In this document: positions 26,170 to 37,463 of the stretch, piece by piece
How the letters are laid out: every line of letters begins with the position of its first letter
How positions within the stretch are numbered: the first letter of the stretch is position 1
Source of the DNA: Sphyrna mokarran
Lineage: Eukaryota
Reading direction: 5' to 3'
DNA length: 64,000 bases
NCBI GenBank assembly: GCA_024679065.1
Contig: JAGIQG010000024.1
Span: forward strand, 31,682,001 to 31,746,000
The notes under the pieces: generated by a model
What the model saw: only the letters and a program-made list of their open reading frames with translations
Databases searched by the model: none
Told to the model about the DNA's origin: nothing
Translations under genes and position numbers: made by a program

Positions 26170-26668
26170 TGCGAAGGTCAGGCACAAATTTATCTTTTAA
26201 TTTTTTTATATCTTTGTCTTGGTGTGTTTTGAACTGAATAAAAATCTCACTGCTTTTTGTTTCAAACTAAAGGAAGCTGCCAAACTGAGCTTCTTTGCAA
26301 TCAGTACGTGCAGTGGTGCAGCTCAGATAATAAGTTAATAAATTCACCCTTACAAATTAAAATAAAAAACCCATTTATGATGAGACTTGGAGTGGTGCGG
26401 TAGAAGGTCTTTACCCCTCTTCATGCAGCCGTAATAAAACACAGAACATTATACAACTTTGCTTACATCTCAAAACCAGTTCCACATTTTTCTAATGAGA
26501 TGTAAACCAAGTGGGATTTCAGATTAATAAAATGTGTTTCTTGAGCATACCTTGGGACAAATGTATAACCTCAGAGTAACATTTGCGATGCAAACTGTGA
26601 ATTTCATGCCCTTGTCACATAAATATCAACCACCGTCAAAACTGAAAAAGAAAGATTAATTCCAGCTT

Positions 26669-26741
26669 GGGGAATTAGCTCAAATGGTGCAGCACTCGCT
26701 TAGCATGTAAATGGTAGTGCAATCGATGCCCACATTCTCCT
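26669..26741 (+). pseudogene. tRNA-Ala(AGC) pseudogene
   Basis: GGGGAATTAGCTCAAATGGT..CTCGCTTAGCATG..GGTAG..ATCGATGCCC.CATTCTCC follows vertebrate tRNA-Ala-AGC; substitutions break the anticodon and T stems. Confidence 0.85.
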
Positions 26742-26754
26742 TGCCTCTGTACTT

Positions 26755-27316
26755 GGCACAGTAGTTAGCACTGCTGCCTCATAGAGTAAGGGACCAGTGT
26801 TTGAATCCCAGCTGAGTCACTGTCTGTGCAGAGTCTGCACTTTCTCCCCGTGTCTGCATGGGTTTCCTCTGGGTCTTCTAGTTTCCTCCGCAATCCAAAA
26901 GGCATGCTGGTTAGGTGCGTTGGCCATACAAAAATCTCCCTCAATGTACCTGAACAGCACTGGTGTGGTAACTAGGGGATTTTCACAGTACCTAGACCAC
27001 ACAGTGGCACGGTTGTTAGTACTGCTGCCTCACAGTGCTAGGGACCCGGCTTTAATTCCAGTCTTGGATCACTGCCTGCATGGGGTTTGCACATTCTCGC
27101 TGTTTCTGTGTGGGTTTCCTTTGGTGCTCCGGTTTTCTCCCATACTTCAAAGTGTGCAGGTTGGATTGATTGGTTATGCGAATTTGAGATGAGTGTCGTG
27201 GGGATTAGCAGGGTAAATACGTAGTGCTATGGGAAAAGGGCCTGGGTGGGCTTGTGTTCAGTGCAGACCTGATGGGTGAATGGCCTCCTTTTGCACTGTA
27301 GGGATTTTATGATTCC
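26755..27316 (+). mobile_element. Tandem pair of V-SINEs (MER6-tail copy truncated at ~26992, then an HE1/CR1-tail copy)
   Basis: Two heads (ggcacagtagttagcactgc; gtggcacggttgttagtactgc), two V-domains, different tails. Confidence 0.85.
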
Positions 27317-27574
27317 AACAGAAAGTACACATTCTCTTTGTGAGTGCAGTATTATGGGTTTTACCTTACACAGTGACATTTCCCATTATTTTTTGTTCTA
27401 ACATTGAGTCAAATGGACACTTAAAAAAATGGAATTCCAATGTTTTCTCTCACTGCTCTGTTGAAACTTTGAATTGAGGTCTTTTTGTTTCTAAAATGGT
27501 CGATGATACCATTTTGTTTCATGTGCTCAAAAGGTAAACAGGAATAAAAAGCAAATTAATAATTCTAAAGTTTT

Positions 27575-27823
27575 TTAAAGCTTATTTGTTCATCACAAGT
27601 AAGGCTTATATTAACACTGCAATAAAGTTATTGTGAAATTCCCCTAGTCACTATAGTCCAGCACCTGTTCGGGTCAATGCATCTAACCTGCATGTCTTTC
27701 AGAATGTCAGAGGAAACAGAGTACCCATGCAGACATGGGAGAATGCGCAAACTCTTTGCAGACAGTAACCCAAGCCAGGAATCGAACCCGGATCCCTGGC
27801 ACAGTGCTAACCACTGTGCTGCC
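27575..27823 (-). mobile_element. V-SINE with MER6-type tail
   Basis: tcacaagtaaggcttatattaacactgcaat...ggaatcgaacccggatccctggcacagtgctaaccactgtgctgcc. Confidence 0.85.
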
Positions 27824-28365
27824 ATAAATTTCGACAAACAGAGCTCTGTCCCATCAGATGAGAAATGGGTTTGAAATCATGCCCATTTCAAACTACTAAA
27901 TATATTGCGGTCAACTTCAAATAACAACTAAGAAGGTGAAACTGGATACAAGGTAGGAACATATGGGGAGGTTGGAATGACAGCAACACTGCCAGTAACG
28001 TTCCAGTGTCTCTTCAGTGATATCTCATCCCCAAGGTGTGATAATCCTTCAAAATACTTGTTTTTTGGATTAATTCCTTTTCCATGTTTCAGAAAGTGTT
28101 TGTGTCTATTTGGCTGATCACAACTATCGGGACCGACAAAAATTATATTCTGTCACGTTCATTCATATCAAATTTAATTGCATAAATACCACATTCTGTC
28201 TACATGTTACATTACAATAGGCAGCTGTTTCTACACATTACCAGGTGATAGTTCAAATACATGTGAAATGGAAAATAGACTTATTAATGTCAATCAGTGT
28301 TGGAATTACTGCCTTGATTTTGTTACCTACAGCTAACCTCTCATCAAAAATTTATATTGAGCAGT

Positions 28366-28885
28366 TTTTTTTTAATTCATTCGTGGGTAATGGACACTGC
28401 TGGCTGGCTGGCTAGCATTCATTACCCATCCACTAATTGCCTTTGAGAAGGTCGTGGTGAGCTGCCTTCTTGAGCTGACTCACAATGCCCTTGGAAGGGA
28501 ATTCCAGGTTTTTGACCCAGTGACTGTGGAAGAAGAGTGATTTATTTCCAAGTCAGGATGGTGAGTGGCTTGGAGGGGAACTTGCAGGTGATGGTGTTCC
28601 CATGTATCTGTTGCCCATGTTCCTTCAGATGGAAGCTGTCGTGGGTTTGGAAGGTGCCATCTAAGGATCTTTAGTGAATTTCTGCAGTGCGCCTAAGTAT
28701 AAATTTATTTATTATTGTCACAAGTAGACTTACATTAACATTGCAATGAAGCTACTGTGAAAATCTCCAAGTCGCCACACTCCGGCACCTGTTTGGCTAC
28801 ACCGATGGAATATTCAGCATGGCCAATGCACTTAACCAACACATTTTTCAGATCTTATAGATAGTACACGCTGCTGCTATTGATG
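28366..28885 (-). mobile_element. LINE 3' end (shares SINE-B tail) with a nested MER6-tail V-SINE fragment (~28700-28850)
   Basis: ttttaattcattcgtggg...ccatccactaattgcctttgagaagg...ttccaagtcaggatggtgagtggcttggaggggaacttgcagg. Confidence 0.75.
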
Positions 28886-30272
28886 AATTTAACTTGCAGA
28901 TAACCTTTCTTTTTGTTATGCAGCTGACTGTGAGTGATAATGGGCACTGGATGGTCAACTATACCTGAAGGAATTGATTGGAGATAGTCAGCATTGTTTT
29001 GTGAAGGGTAGGTCATGCCTTACTGACCTTATTGAGTTTTTTGAAAAAATGACCGAAGAAGTGGATGGGGGTAAGGCAGTTGATATGGTATATATGGACT
29101 TTAGTAAGGTGTTCGATAAGGTGGCCCATGGAACGCTTCTGCAGAAAATGCAGATGTATGGGATTGAGGGTGATTTAGCTAATTGGATTAGGAATTGGCT
29201 AGCAGATAGAAGACAGAGGGTGGTGGTTGATGGAAGTTATTCATCGTGGAGTTCAGTTACAAGTGGTGTACCTCAGGGATCTGTTTTGGGGCCACTGCTG
29301 TTTGTAATTTTTATAAATGATCTGGATGAGGGTATTGAAGGATGGATTAGTAAATTTGCAGATGACACCAAAGTCGGAGGAGTAGTAGATATGAAGAGAG
29401 GTGTTATAGTTTGCAGAGAGACTTGGACAAGTTGCAGAGTTGGGCCGAGAGGTGGCAAATGGAGTTTAATGCGGAAAAGTGTGAGGTAATTCACTTTGGC
29501 AGGAATAACAAATGTGTAGAGTATAGGGCTAATGGTAGGACGCTTAATAGTGTTGAAGAACAGAGGGATCTTGGTGTATATGTGCATAGATCCCTGAAAG
29601 TTGGCAATCAAGTCGATAAGGTTGTTAAGAAGGCATACGGAGTCTTAGCTTTTATTGGTAGGGGGATTCAATTTCGGAGCCGCAACATCATGTTGCAACT
29701 GTACAAAACTCTAGTGCGGCCGCACTTGGAGTATTGTGTGCAATTCTGGTCCCCGCATTATAAGAAAGATGTGGAGGCATTGGAGAGGTACAGAGGAGGT
29801 TTACCAGGATGTTGCCTGGTATGGAGGGCAGGTCTTATGAAGAGAGGCTGAGGGATTTGAGGTTGTTTTCGTTAGAAAGAAGGCAGCTAGGAGGAGACCT
29901 TATTGAAACATATAAGATGATTAGAGGTTTAGATAGGGTGGACAGTGATAGCCTTTTTCCTAGGATGGAGAAAGCTAGCACGAGGGGCCATAGCTTTAAA
30001 TTAAGGGGTGGTAGTTATAGGACGGATGTCAGAGGTAGGTTCTTTACCCAGAGGGTGGTAAGGGTATGGAATGCCCTGCCTGTGGCAGTTGTAGATGCGC
30101 CAAGTTTGGTGGCATTTAAGAGGTTAGTAGATAAGTTTATGGACAAAAAGGGAATGGTTTAGTTTAGAGGTCATGATGTACAGATGCCGGCGTTGGATTG
30201 GGGTGGTAAGAACTCAGTAAGAATTTAGCAACACCAATTTATAATCCAACCGATTTATTTGATAGTAAAAAA

Positions 30273-30304
30273 GCGAGCTTTCGACTCCTGTGTCTTCATC
30301 AGGC
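30273..30304 (-). ncRNA. Minimal hammerhead ribozyme motif (mirror copy)
   Basis: Reverse complement GC-CTGATGA-A-GAC acagga GTC-GAAA-GCTC-GC. Confidence 0.65.
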
Positions 30305-30314
30305 AAATGCATTT

Positions 30315-30346
30315 GCCTGACGAAGACACAGGAGTCGAAAGCTCGC
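30315..30346 (+). ncRNA. Minimal hammerhead ribozyme motif
   Basis: GC-CTGACGA-A-GAC acagga GTC-GAAA-GCTC-GC: intact CUGANGA/GAAA core, stem II, palindromic AGCT in place of stem III, 2-bp stem I. Confidence 0.65.
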
Positions 30347-30624
30347 TTTTTTACTATCAAATAAATCGGTTGGATTATAAATTGGTGTTGCTAAATTCTT
30401 ACTTAGTTTAGAGGGTCATTGCTTTTTCCTAATTGGTCGGCGCAACATCGAAGGCCGAAGGGCCTGTTCTGCGCTGTAATGTTCTATGTCGATGGTCTGC
30501 ACCTGAACCGGAGAGGTACCAATATCTTGGGGGGTAAATTTGCCAGTGCTATTCGGGGGGGGTTTAAACTGATTCGGGGAGGGGGGATGGGAACCTCAAT
30601 TGTTGTGCCAGTATACAGGAGGAT

Positions 30625-31308
30625 GTGAATAGGGAGATCATGGACAAGTTTTCTAGGTTGCAGCAGTATAGTGGCAAACGGGAGGGTGGTTTGAAGTGTG
30701 TATACTTTAATGCGAGGAGCATACGCAATAAGGTGGATGAACTTGCAGCCTGGATTGGTGCTTGGGACTTAGATGTTGTGGCCATTTTAGAGACGTGGGT
30801 AGAGCAGGGGCAGGAATGGTTGTTGCAGGTTCCGGGGTTCAGATGTTTCAGTCAGAGCAGAGGTGGTGGTAGAAGAGGGGGAGGAGTGGCATTGTTAGTT
30901 AAGGACAGCATTATGGTGGCAGAAAAAACGTTTGATGTGGACTTGTCTGCTGAGGTAGATTGGGCTGAGATTAGAAACAAGAAAGGAGAGGTCACACTGT
31001 TGGGAGTTTTTTATAGGCCTCCAAAAAGTTCCAGAGAAGTAGAGGAAGGGATTGCAAAGCTGATCCTGGATAGGTGTGGAAGTAACAGGGTAGTTGTAAT
31101 GGGGGACTTTAACTTTTCTAATATCGATTGGAAAAGCTATAGTTCAAGTACGTTAGAGGGGTCAGTTTTTGTTCAATGTGTGCAGGAAGGTTTCATGATT
31201 CAGTATGTAGATAGGCCAACAAGAGATGAGGCTATATTGGATTTGGTACTGGGTAATGAACCAGACCAGGTATTAGACTTGGAGGTGGGTGAGCATTTTG
31301 GTGAGTGA
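30625..31308 (+). pseudogene. CR1 ORF2 apurinic endonuclease domain
   Basis: YFNARSIRNK, DVVAILETW, GGGVALLVK, GVFYRPP, MGDFN, ILDLVL; ends at a 2-bp insertion just before SDHN. Confidence 0.92.
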
Positions 31309-31445
31309 GTGACCACAATTCGGTTATGTTTACCTTAGTGATGGAAAGGGATGGGCACATACCGAATAACAGTAGTTAAAGCTGGGGGAAAGGTAATTAT
31401 GACACTATTAGGAGAGATTTAGGATGCATACGGTGGAGCAGGGTA

Positions 31446-33461
31446 TTGCAGGGGCTGGGGACATCTGAAATGTGGAGCATATTTAACGAACAGTTTCTGC
31501 ATGTCTGTAATAAATATGTACCTGCCAGGCAGGGAGGAAGTGGTCGAGTGAGGGAGCCATGGTGTACTAGGGAAGTTGAATCTCTGGTGAAGAGGAAGAA
31601 GGAGGCTTGTATAATGATGAGACATGAAGGCTCAGTTAGGACACTGGAGAGGTATAAATTAGCCAGGAAGGAGCTAAAAAGGGAGTTGAGAACAGCCAGA
31701 AGAGGACACGAGAAGACTTTGGCGGATAGGATTAAGGAGAATCCTAAAGCTTTTTACAGATATATAAATAATAAAAGATTGGTTAGGGCAAGATTAGGGC
31801 CAGCCAGAGATAGCAGTGGGAAGTTGTGCGTGGAGCCTGAGGAGATAGGAGAGACACTGAATGAGTATTTTTCGTCAGTATTCACGCAGGAGAAAGACAA
31901 TGTTGTCAGGGAGAATACTGCGATACCAGGTTGTAGACTGGGCAGGATTGAGGTTCATAAGGAGGAGGCGTTAGCGAATCTTGAGGGTATGAAAATTGAT
32001 AAGTCCCCTGGGCCAGATGGGATTTACCCTAGGATTCTCTGGGAGGCTAGAGAGGAGATTGCAGAGCCTTTGGCTTTGATCTTCATGTCGTCGTTGGCTA
32101 CAGGTATAGTGCCGGAAGACTGGAGGATGGCAAATGTTGTCCCTTTGTTCAAAAAGGGGAGTAGGGACCATCCTGGAAATTATAGACCGGTGAGCCTGAC
32201 TTCTGTTGTGGGCAAAGTCTTGGAAAGAATTATAAGGGATAGGATTTATAAGCATCTAGAGAGAAATAAATTGATTAGGGATAGTCAGCACGGTTTTGTG
32301 AAGGGTAAGTCGTGCCTCACAAACCTTATTGAGTTTTTTGAGGAGGTGACCAAAGAGGTAGATAAGGATAAGGCAGTTGATATAGTGTATATGGATTTTA
32401 GCAAAGCGTTTGATGAGGCTCCACATGGTAGGCTACTGCAGAAAGTGCAGATGCATGGGATTGAAGGTGATTTAGCAGTTTGGATTAGGAATTGGCTAGC
32501 TGATAGAAGACAGAGGGTGGTGGTTGATGGGAAATATTCAACCTGGAGTGCAGTTACAAGTGGTGTACCTCAAGGATCTGTTTTGGGGCCACTGCTGTTT
32601 GTCATTTTTATAAATGACCTAGATGAGGGTGTAGAGGGTTGGATTAGTAAATTTGCTGACAATACCAAAGTGGGGGGAGTTGTAGACAGCGAGGATGGAT
32701 GTTACAGTTTGCAGAGGGACATAGATAGGTTGCAGAGCTGGGCCGTGAGGTGGCAAATGGAATTCAATACGGATAAGTGTGAGGTGATTCACTTTGGTAG
32801 GAATAACAGGTATATGAAATATAGGGCTAATGGAAGGACCCTTAATAGTGTTGTCGAGCAGAGGGATCTTGGGGTACAAGTACATAGCTCTTTGAAAGTT
32901 GGCACCCAGGTTGATAAAGTTGTTAAGAAGGCGTACAGTGTGTTAGCTTTTATTGGTAGAGGGATTGAATTTAGGAGCCGTGAGGTTATGTTACAACTGT
33001 ACAAAACTCTGGTGCGGCCGCACTTGGAGTATTGCGTACAGTTCTGGTCGCCGCATTATAAGAAAGATGTGGAAGCATTGGAAAGGGTGCAGAGGAGGTT
33101 TACCAGGATGTTGCCTGGTATGGTGGGAAGGCCTTATGAGGAAAGGCTGAGGGACCTGAGGTTATTTTCATTAGAGAGAAGAAGGTTACGCGGTGACCTA
33201 ATTGAGGCGTATAAGATGATCAAAGGATTGGATAGGGTGGATAGTGAGAGCCTTTTTCCTTGGATGGTGATGACCAACACGAGGGGACATAACTTTAAAT
33301 TAAGAGGTGGTAGTTATAGGACGGATGTCAGAGGCAGGTTCTTTACACAGAGGGTGGTGAGGGCGTGGAATGCCCTGCCTGCAGCAGTTGTGGACTCACC
33401 TACTTTGGGGGCATTCAAATGTTCGGTGGATAGGCATATGGATGATATTGGAATAGTTTAG
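31446..33461 (+). pseudogene. CR1 ORF2 reverse transcriptase (671-aa open segment, catalytic FADD changed to FADN)
   Basis: [47 protein letters not shown]; preceded by in-frame TAA at 31377-31379. Confidence 0.92.
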
Positions 33462-33594
33462 GTTAGAGGGTCCACTGGCCGGTGCAACATTGAGGGCCGA
33501 AGGGCCTGTACTGCGCTGTAATGTTCTATGAAGGTATGTAGCATCTTCTGACACTTGCAATACCGTGGTTTTCATTTTTAATTGTTAAAGGAAA

Positions 33595-34242
33595 GGAATT
33601 TAATTCATGCATCAACTTTCACGCACCCCAGGGCGATTCAAAAAACTTCAGAGCCAACTAGGTACTTTCAAAGTGAAGCCACGATAGTTATAGTAGTGAA
33701 TGTGACAGTTAATATGGTAAGTTCTCTCACAACATCAGGTTAAAGTCCAACAAGTTTATTTGATAGTAAACCCACAAGCTTTTGGGGTTTGCCTCTTCAC
33801 CAAATAAGTGGAGAGCTCTGGTCTCAAACAGAGCATATAAAGGCTGATGTTGTGAAACTTCTTACTGTGTTTACCCCAGTCCAATGCTGGCATCTCCACA
33901 TTAGAGTTAGTATGGGCAGAGAAGTGGTCCTATAAACAACCCTGTAATACATAACCCCCAGATACTATTTTTGAGTGATGTTTGCTGAGGAATAATTAAT
34001 GGTGAGGACACTGGGGAGAACCTTGCCACTCTACTTTGAATGGTGCCAGAGGATGCTTTGCATCCAGCTGATGGAGCAGATGGGATCACAGTTTAATACT
34101 TTGTCCAAATGATGGCACTTCTAACAGTGCCACATTCCTTCAATGCTGCTCTCAAGCGTTAGGCTGGATTGTGTGCTCAAATCCCTGGGCTTGTATCCAG
34201 GAACTTCTGCCTCAGGGTTGAGAGTGGTACCACTCAGCCAAG
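33595..34242 (-). mobile_element. Deu-domain SINE (SacSINE1-like) interrupted by a Penelope insert
   Basis: Head (gagagtggtaccactcagcca on +), Deu-like core gatggcacttctaacagtgccacattccttcaatgctgc, tail around 33600-33712. Confidence 0.7.
33716..33901. mobile_element. Penelope-derived insert family A
   Basis: ggtaagttctctcacaacatcaggttaaagtccaac...gtgaaacttcttactgtgtttaccccagtccaatgctggcatctccaca. Confidence 0.8.
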
Positions 34243-34759
34243 ACTGATACCGAAACATTATGAAGAAATGAAATATTAACTGCACCCTGGAACTCCAATA
34301 TTGCAAATATAATTAGAATAAACCTTTCCCTCGAGTTTGCCGTGGCACACTGCACTCAGTGGTGCAACCAAAGTGTATATTAGATGAATCCTTAGTAAGA
34401 AAGGTCAGTGGTCCATGAGTTTGCAATAAACGGTTTGACTTTAATACAACACTTCTTTGTGCCGAGTCATAACACTCTGAACTATTGTTTTACTTCATCA
34501 TTATTTTCAAAATGGGATGCCGTGATAGAACGATACAATCAAAATTGTCAGGGAAAGGTCAGTACTGACAAGACGTGGAGAACAATTTCAATAATGTAGT
34601 CTTAAAATAAAGAAAAGGATGTATCACAGGGTAAAGACACTGCAGACCAACGTAAGGAGAGTGTATGCCTCAGGCTTGAATACAGATGTGAGGAAATCCA
34701 GAGATTAAATTACAAATTTCCATGTAGAATTTTGCCTACAAACTTATTTTTGAATCACA

Positions 34760-35036
34760 GCATCATGGGATCCCTACAGTGCAGGAGGCCATTTGACCCA
34801 TTGAGCCTGCATCAACAACAATTCTATCCCTGTAACACCATGTACTTACCCTACTAATCCTCCTGACTCTAAGGGACAATTTAGCATGGCCAATCCATCT
34901 AACCGACACATCTTTGGACTGTGGAAGGAAACTGGAGCACCCGCTAGAAACCCACACAGACATGGGGAGGACATGCAAACTCCACATGGACAGTGACCCA
35001 AGGCTGGAACTGAACCTGGGTCACTGGTCTATGAGG
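34760..35036 (-). mobile_element. V-SINE (HE1-like), CR1-type tail
   Basis: atccctacagtgcaggaggccatttgaccc...tgcaaactccacatggacagtgacccaagg. Confidence 0.85.
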
Positions 35037-35574
35037 AAAAATTTCATGGTTAAGGTCAATTTACATTTATTTATAATCAATACATAAAATTTCACGAGGT
35101 ATCTGATGTGTTTTATGTCCTGCAGTGCACAGCAAAATCATCAAGAATTAGCATTTATCGTATGATCGTAGTTTTACAGCCTGCTTCTCCCCATCCCCTT
35201 CTCCACGGCATGCTTTGCGGGATGGAGATTGCCGCCATTGGCCAGTAATGGGATCTTCTAGTCCTGCCATTGTGCAAGGGGTTTCCCATTGTTTGCAGTC
35301 TCCGCCGGGAATCCCGCAGCAAGGTCGGGGGGGAGGTTAGGGGTGTGGAGGTCGCAGTCAGATATTACTTCCGAACAAGCAAGTGCTATAGCTGTAAAAA
35401 CCCTTTGTGCTGCTCACATTCTTGCAGATTGTTTTGTTGCAAATCACAAAGTTAAGGATGTTACTTGGTCCATAGGTGAGAATTTTAGTGATGGAAATTT
35501 ACAATTAATATATCTAGTTTAAACAAATGAGTTGCCCAAGGTGCATCATCGGAGTAGCTCAGTGAGAGTATCAT

Positions 35575-36090
35575 GCACAGCTGTGAGTGCCATATTCTAG
35601 GCTGAATGTGAAATGTTGGAGAGAAAGCAGAAGAGGTTTGCAAGAAAGACTCCAGGGATGAGGAACTTCAGTTATCAGGATGGATTGGAGAGGTTGGTAC
35701 CATTCTCCTTGGAGAGAAAAAGGCTAAGCGGACATTTCACAGAGATGTTCAAAATCAGAAGAGGGATGGAAAAGGAGAAACTGTTTCCTCTTGTTAAAAG
35801 GGTAAAGAATGAGGTTTAAAGTGATTTGCAAAAGGAGCAAACATGATGTGAGGAAAAAGCTCTCACACAGCGAGTGGTTCTGGTCTGGAATGTGTTGCCT
35901 CAAAGTATGCTGGAAGGAGGTTCAAATGCAGTATCAAAACAGCATTCAATGATGAACTGAATAGAAACAATGTGCATGAGTATGGGGAAAAGGCAAGGGA
36001 CTGGCACTGAGTCATGATGCTCATTTAAAGAGCAAGTGCAAAGCTGGTGGGCCAAATGGCCTCTGTCTGTACCGTAACAATTCTGTGATT
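35575..36090 (+). mobile_element. CR1 3' fragment
   Basis: ORF 35613..35819 LERKQKRFAR..PGMRNFSYQDGLERL..FSLERKRL. Confidence 0.8.
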
Positions 36091-36114
36091 GAAATTATTG
36101 CAAAACATAATATT

Positions 36115-37047
36115 CCATTAAACCAGCTTTCAATGCCATTATTCCCACAATACTCATCCCCAAACTCTGTGGTATAGGACTCAGCTCCTCCCTCTGCGAC
36201 TACATCCTGAACTTTCTAACCCACAGACCGCAATCAGTAAGGAGAGGCAACAATTCATCCTCTCTGATCATCCTCAACATCACTGCCCCACAAGGCTGTG
36301 TCCTCAGACCTTTACAATATCTCTCCCTCAAGGTCAACAAAACGAAGGAGTTAGTCACTAATTTTTGGAAGCATCGTGGAGAACACGTCCCTGTCTACAT
36401 TAATGGGAATGAAGTAGTAATGGTCAAGAGCTTCAAGTTTTTATAAGTTCAGATCACCAACAAACTGTCATGATTCTCCATGCTGGCATTATTGTTAAGA
36501 ACCAACGCTTCTGTTTTCTCAGAAGACGAAGAAAATTTGACATGTCTGCTATGACTCTCACCAATTTTTACAGATGCACTATAGAAACCATCCTTTCTGG
36601 TTGTATCACAGCTTGGTATGGCTCCCGCTCTATCCAATACCACAAGAAACTACAGAGTCATGGGCCCAGTCCATCATTCAAATCAGCTTCCCACTCGTAG
36701 ACTCCATCTATACTTCCCACTGCCTCAGAAAAGCTGCCAGAATAATTAGACTCCACAAACCCCGGACATTCTCTTTTTTACCTTTATCCATCAGGAAAAA
36801 GATGCAAAAGTCTGAGGTCACATACCAATTGTCTCAAGAACATTTTCTTCCCTGCTGCCATCAGACTTTTGAATGGACCTATCTTGCACTAAGTTGATCT
36901 TTCTCTCCACCCGAGCTATGACTGTAACACTACATTATGCAGTCTCTCCTTTCCTTCTCTTTGAACAATATGTTTTGCCTGCAGAGTGCGCAAGAAATAA
37001 TGCTTTTCATTATATACTAATACATGTGACAATAATAAATTAAATCA
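36115..37047 (+). mobile_element. Rex1/Babar-like LINE 3' portion (decayed RT)
   Basis: gccccacaaggctgtgtcctcag (PQGCVL); FCFLRRRRKFDMS..TLTNFYRCTIETILSGCITAWYG; tail tacatgtgacaataataaat. Confidence 0.85.
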
Positions 37048-37106
37048 CTATATTATCCTTTATTCAGTTGATTTGCATTTGAATAATGGAAACCGTTTAT
37101 GAATGA

Positions 37107-37463
37107 AGGTTGGGCCTAGTGGTCTTGTTGCAAGACCATTATTCAAAAACTCAGCTAATACTCTGGTGAGACCCAGGTTTGAATCCTGCCACAGCAGATT
37201 GTGGAATCTGAAATTAATACAAAAAAATTAAGAATAAAAATCTACTGATATCTATGAAACCATTGTTGATTGCTGCAAAAACCCACATGGTTTACTCATG
37301 TCCTTTAGAGAAGAAAATCTGCCCGTTTTGACTTGGTCTGGCCGACAGGTGACTCCAGAGCCACAGCAATGTGGTTGACTCACAACTGCTCTCCAAGGGC
37401 AACTAAGAATGGGCAATAAATGCTGGCTAGCCAGTGATACCCATGTCAGATAAAGAAATAAAA
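37107..37463 (+). mobile_element. tRNA-headed SINE family B
   Basis: A box ggcctagtggt, B box ggtttgaatcc, tail aagggcaactaagaatgggcaataaatgctggc. Confidence 0.8.

Larger units (their letters stand above)
30175..30403 (-). mobile_element. Young Penelope-derived fold-back insert within the CR1-A 3' UTR
   Basis: 188-bp palindrome 30216-30403 plus ~41-nt asymmetric tail; flanked by direct repeats ttagtttagaggtcat (30159-30174) and ttagtttagagggtcat (30403-30419). Confidence 0.9.
28972..30489 (+). mobile_element. CR1 LINE copy A, 5'-truncated RT pseudogene with 3' UTR
   Basis: Three overlapping ORFs (28974..29489, 29411..29851, 29809..30162) joined by two frameshifts: [39 protein letters not shown]; tail ctgtaatgttctatgt. 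Confidence 0.95.
30490..33530 (+). mobile_element. CR1 LINE copy B: ORF1 C-terminal remnant, full-length disabled ORF2, 3' UTR
   Basis: DGLHLNRRGTNILGGKF (SGNH-esterase DxxH end of ORF1) from 30491; then APE and RT domains; tail ctgtaatgttctatg. Confidence 0.95.

Noticed and set aside
26020-26237. Cys/His/Val-rich ORFs
   Set aside because: Translation of the purine-pyrimidine microsatellite
29273-33150. Antisense and alternate-frame ORFs over the CR1s
   Set aside because: Shadow ORFs of the RT coding sequence
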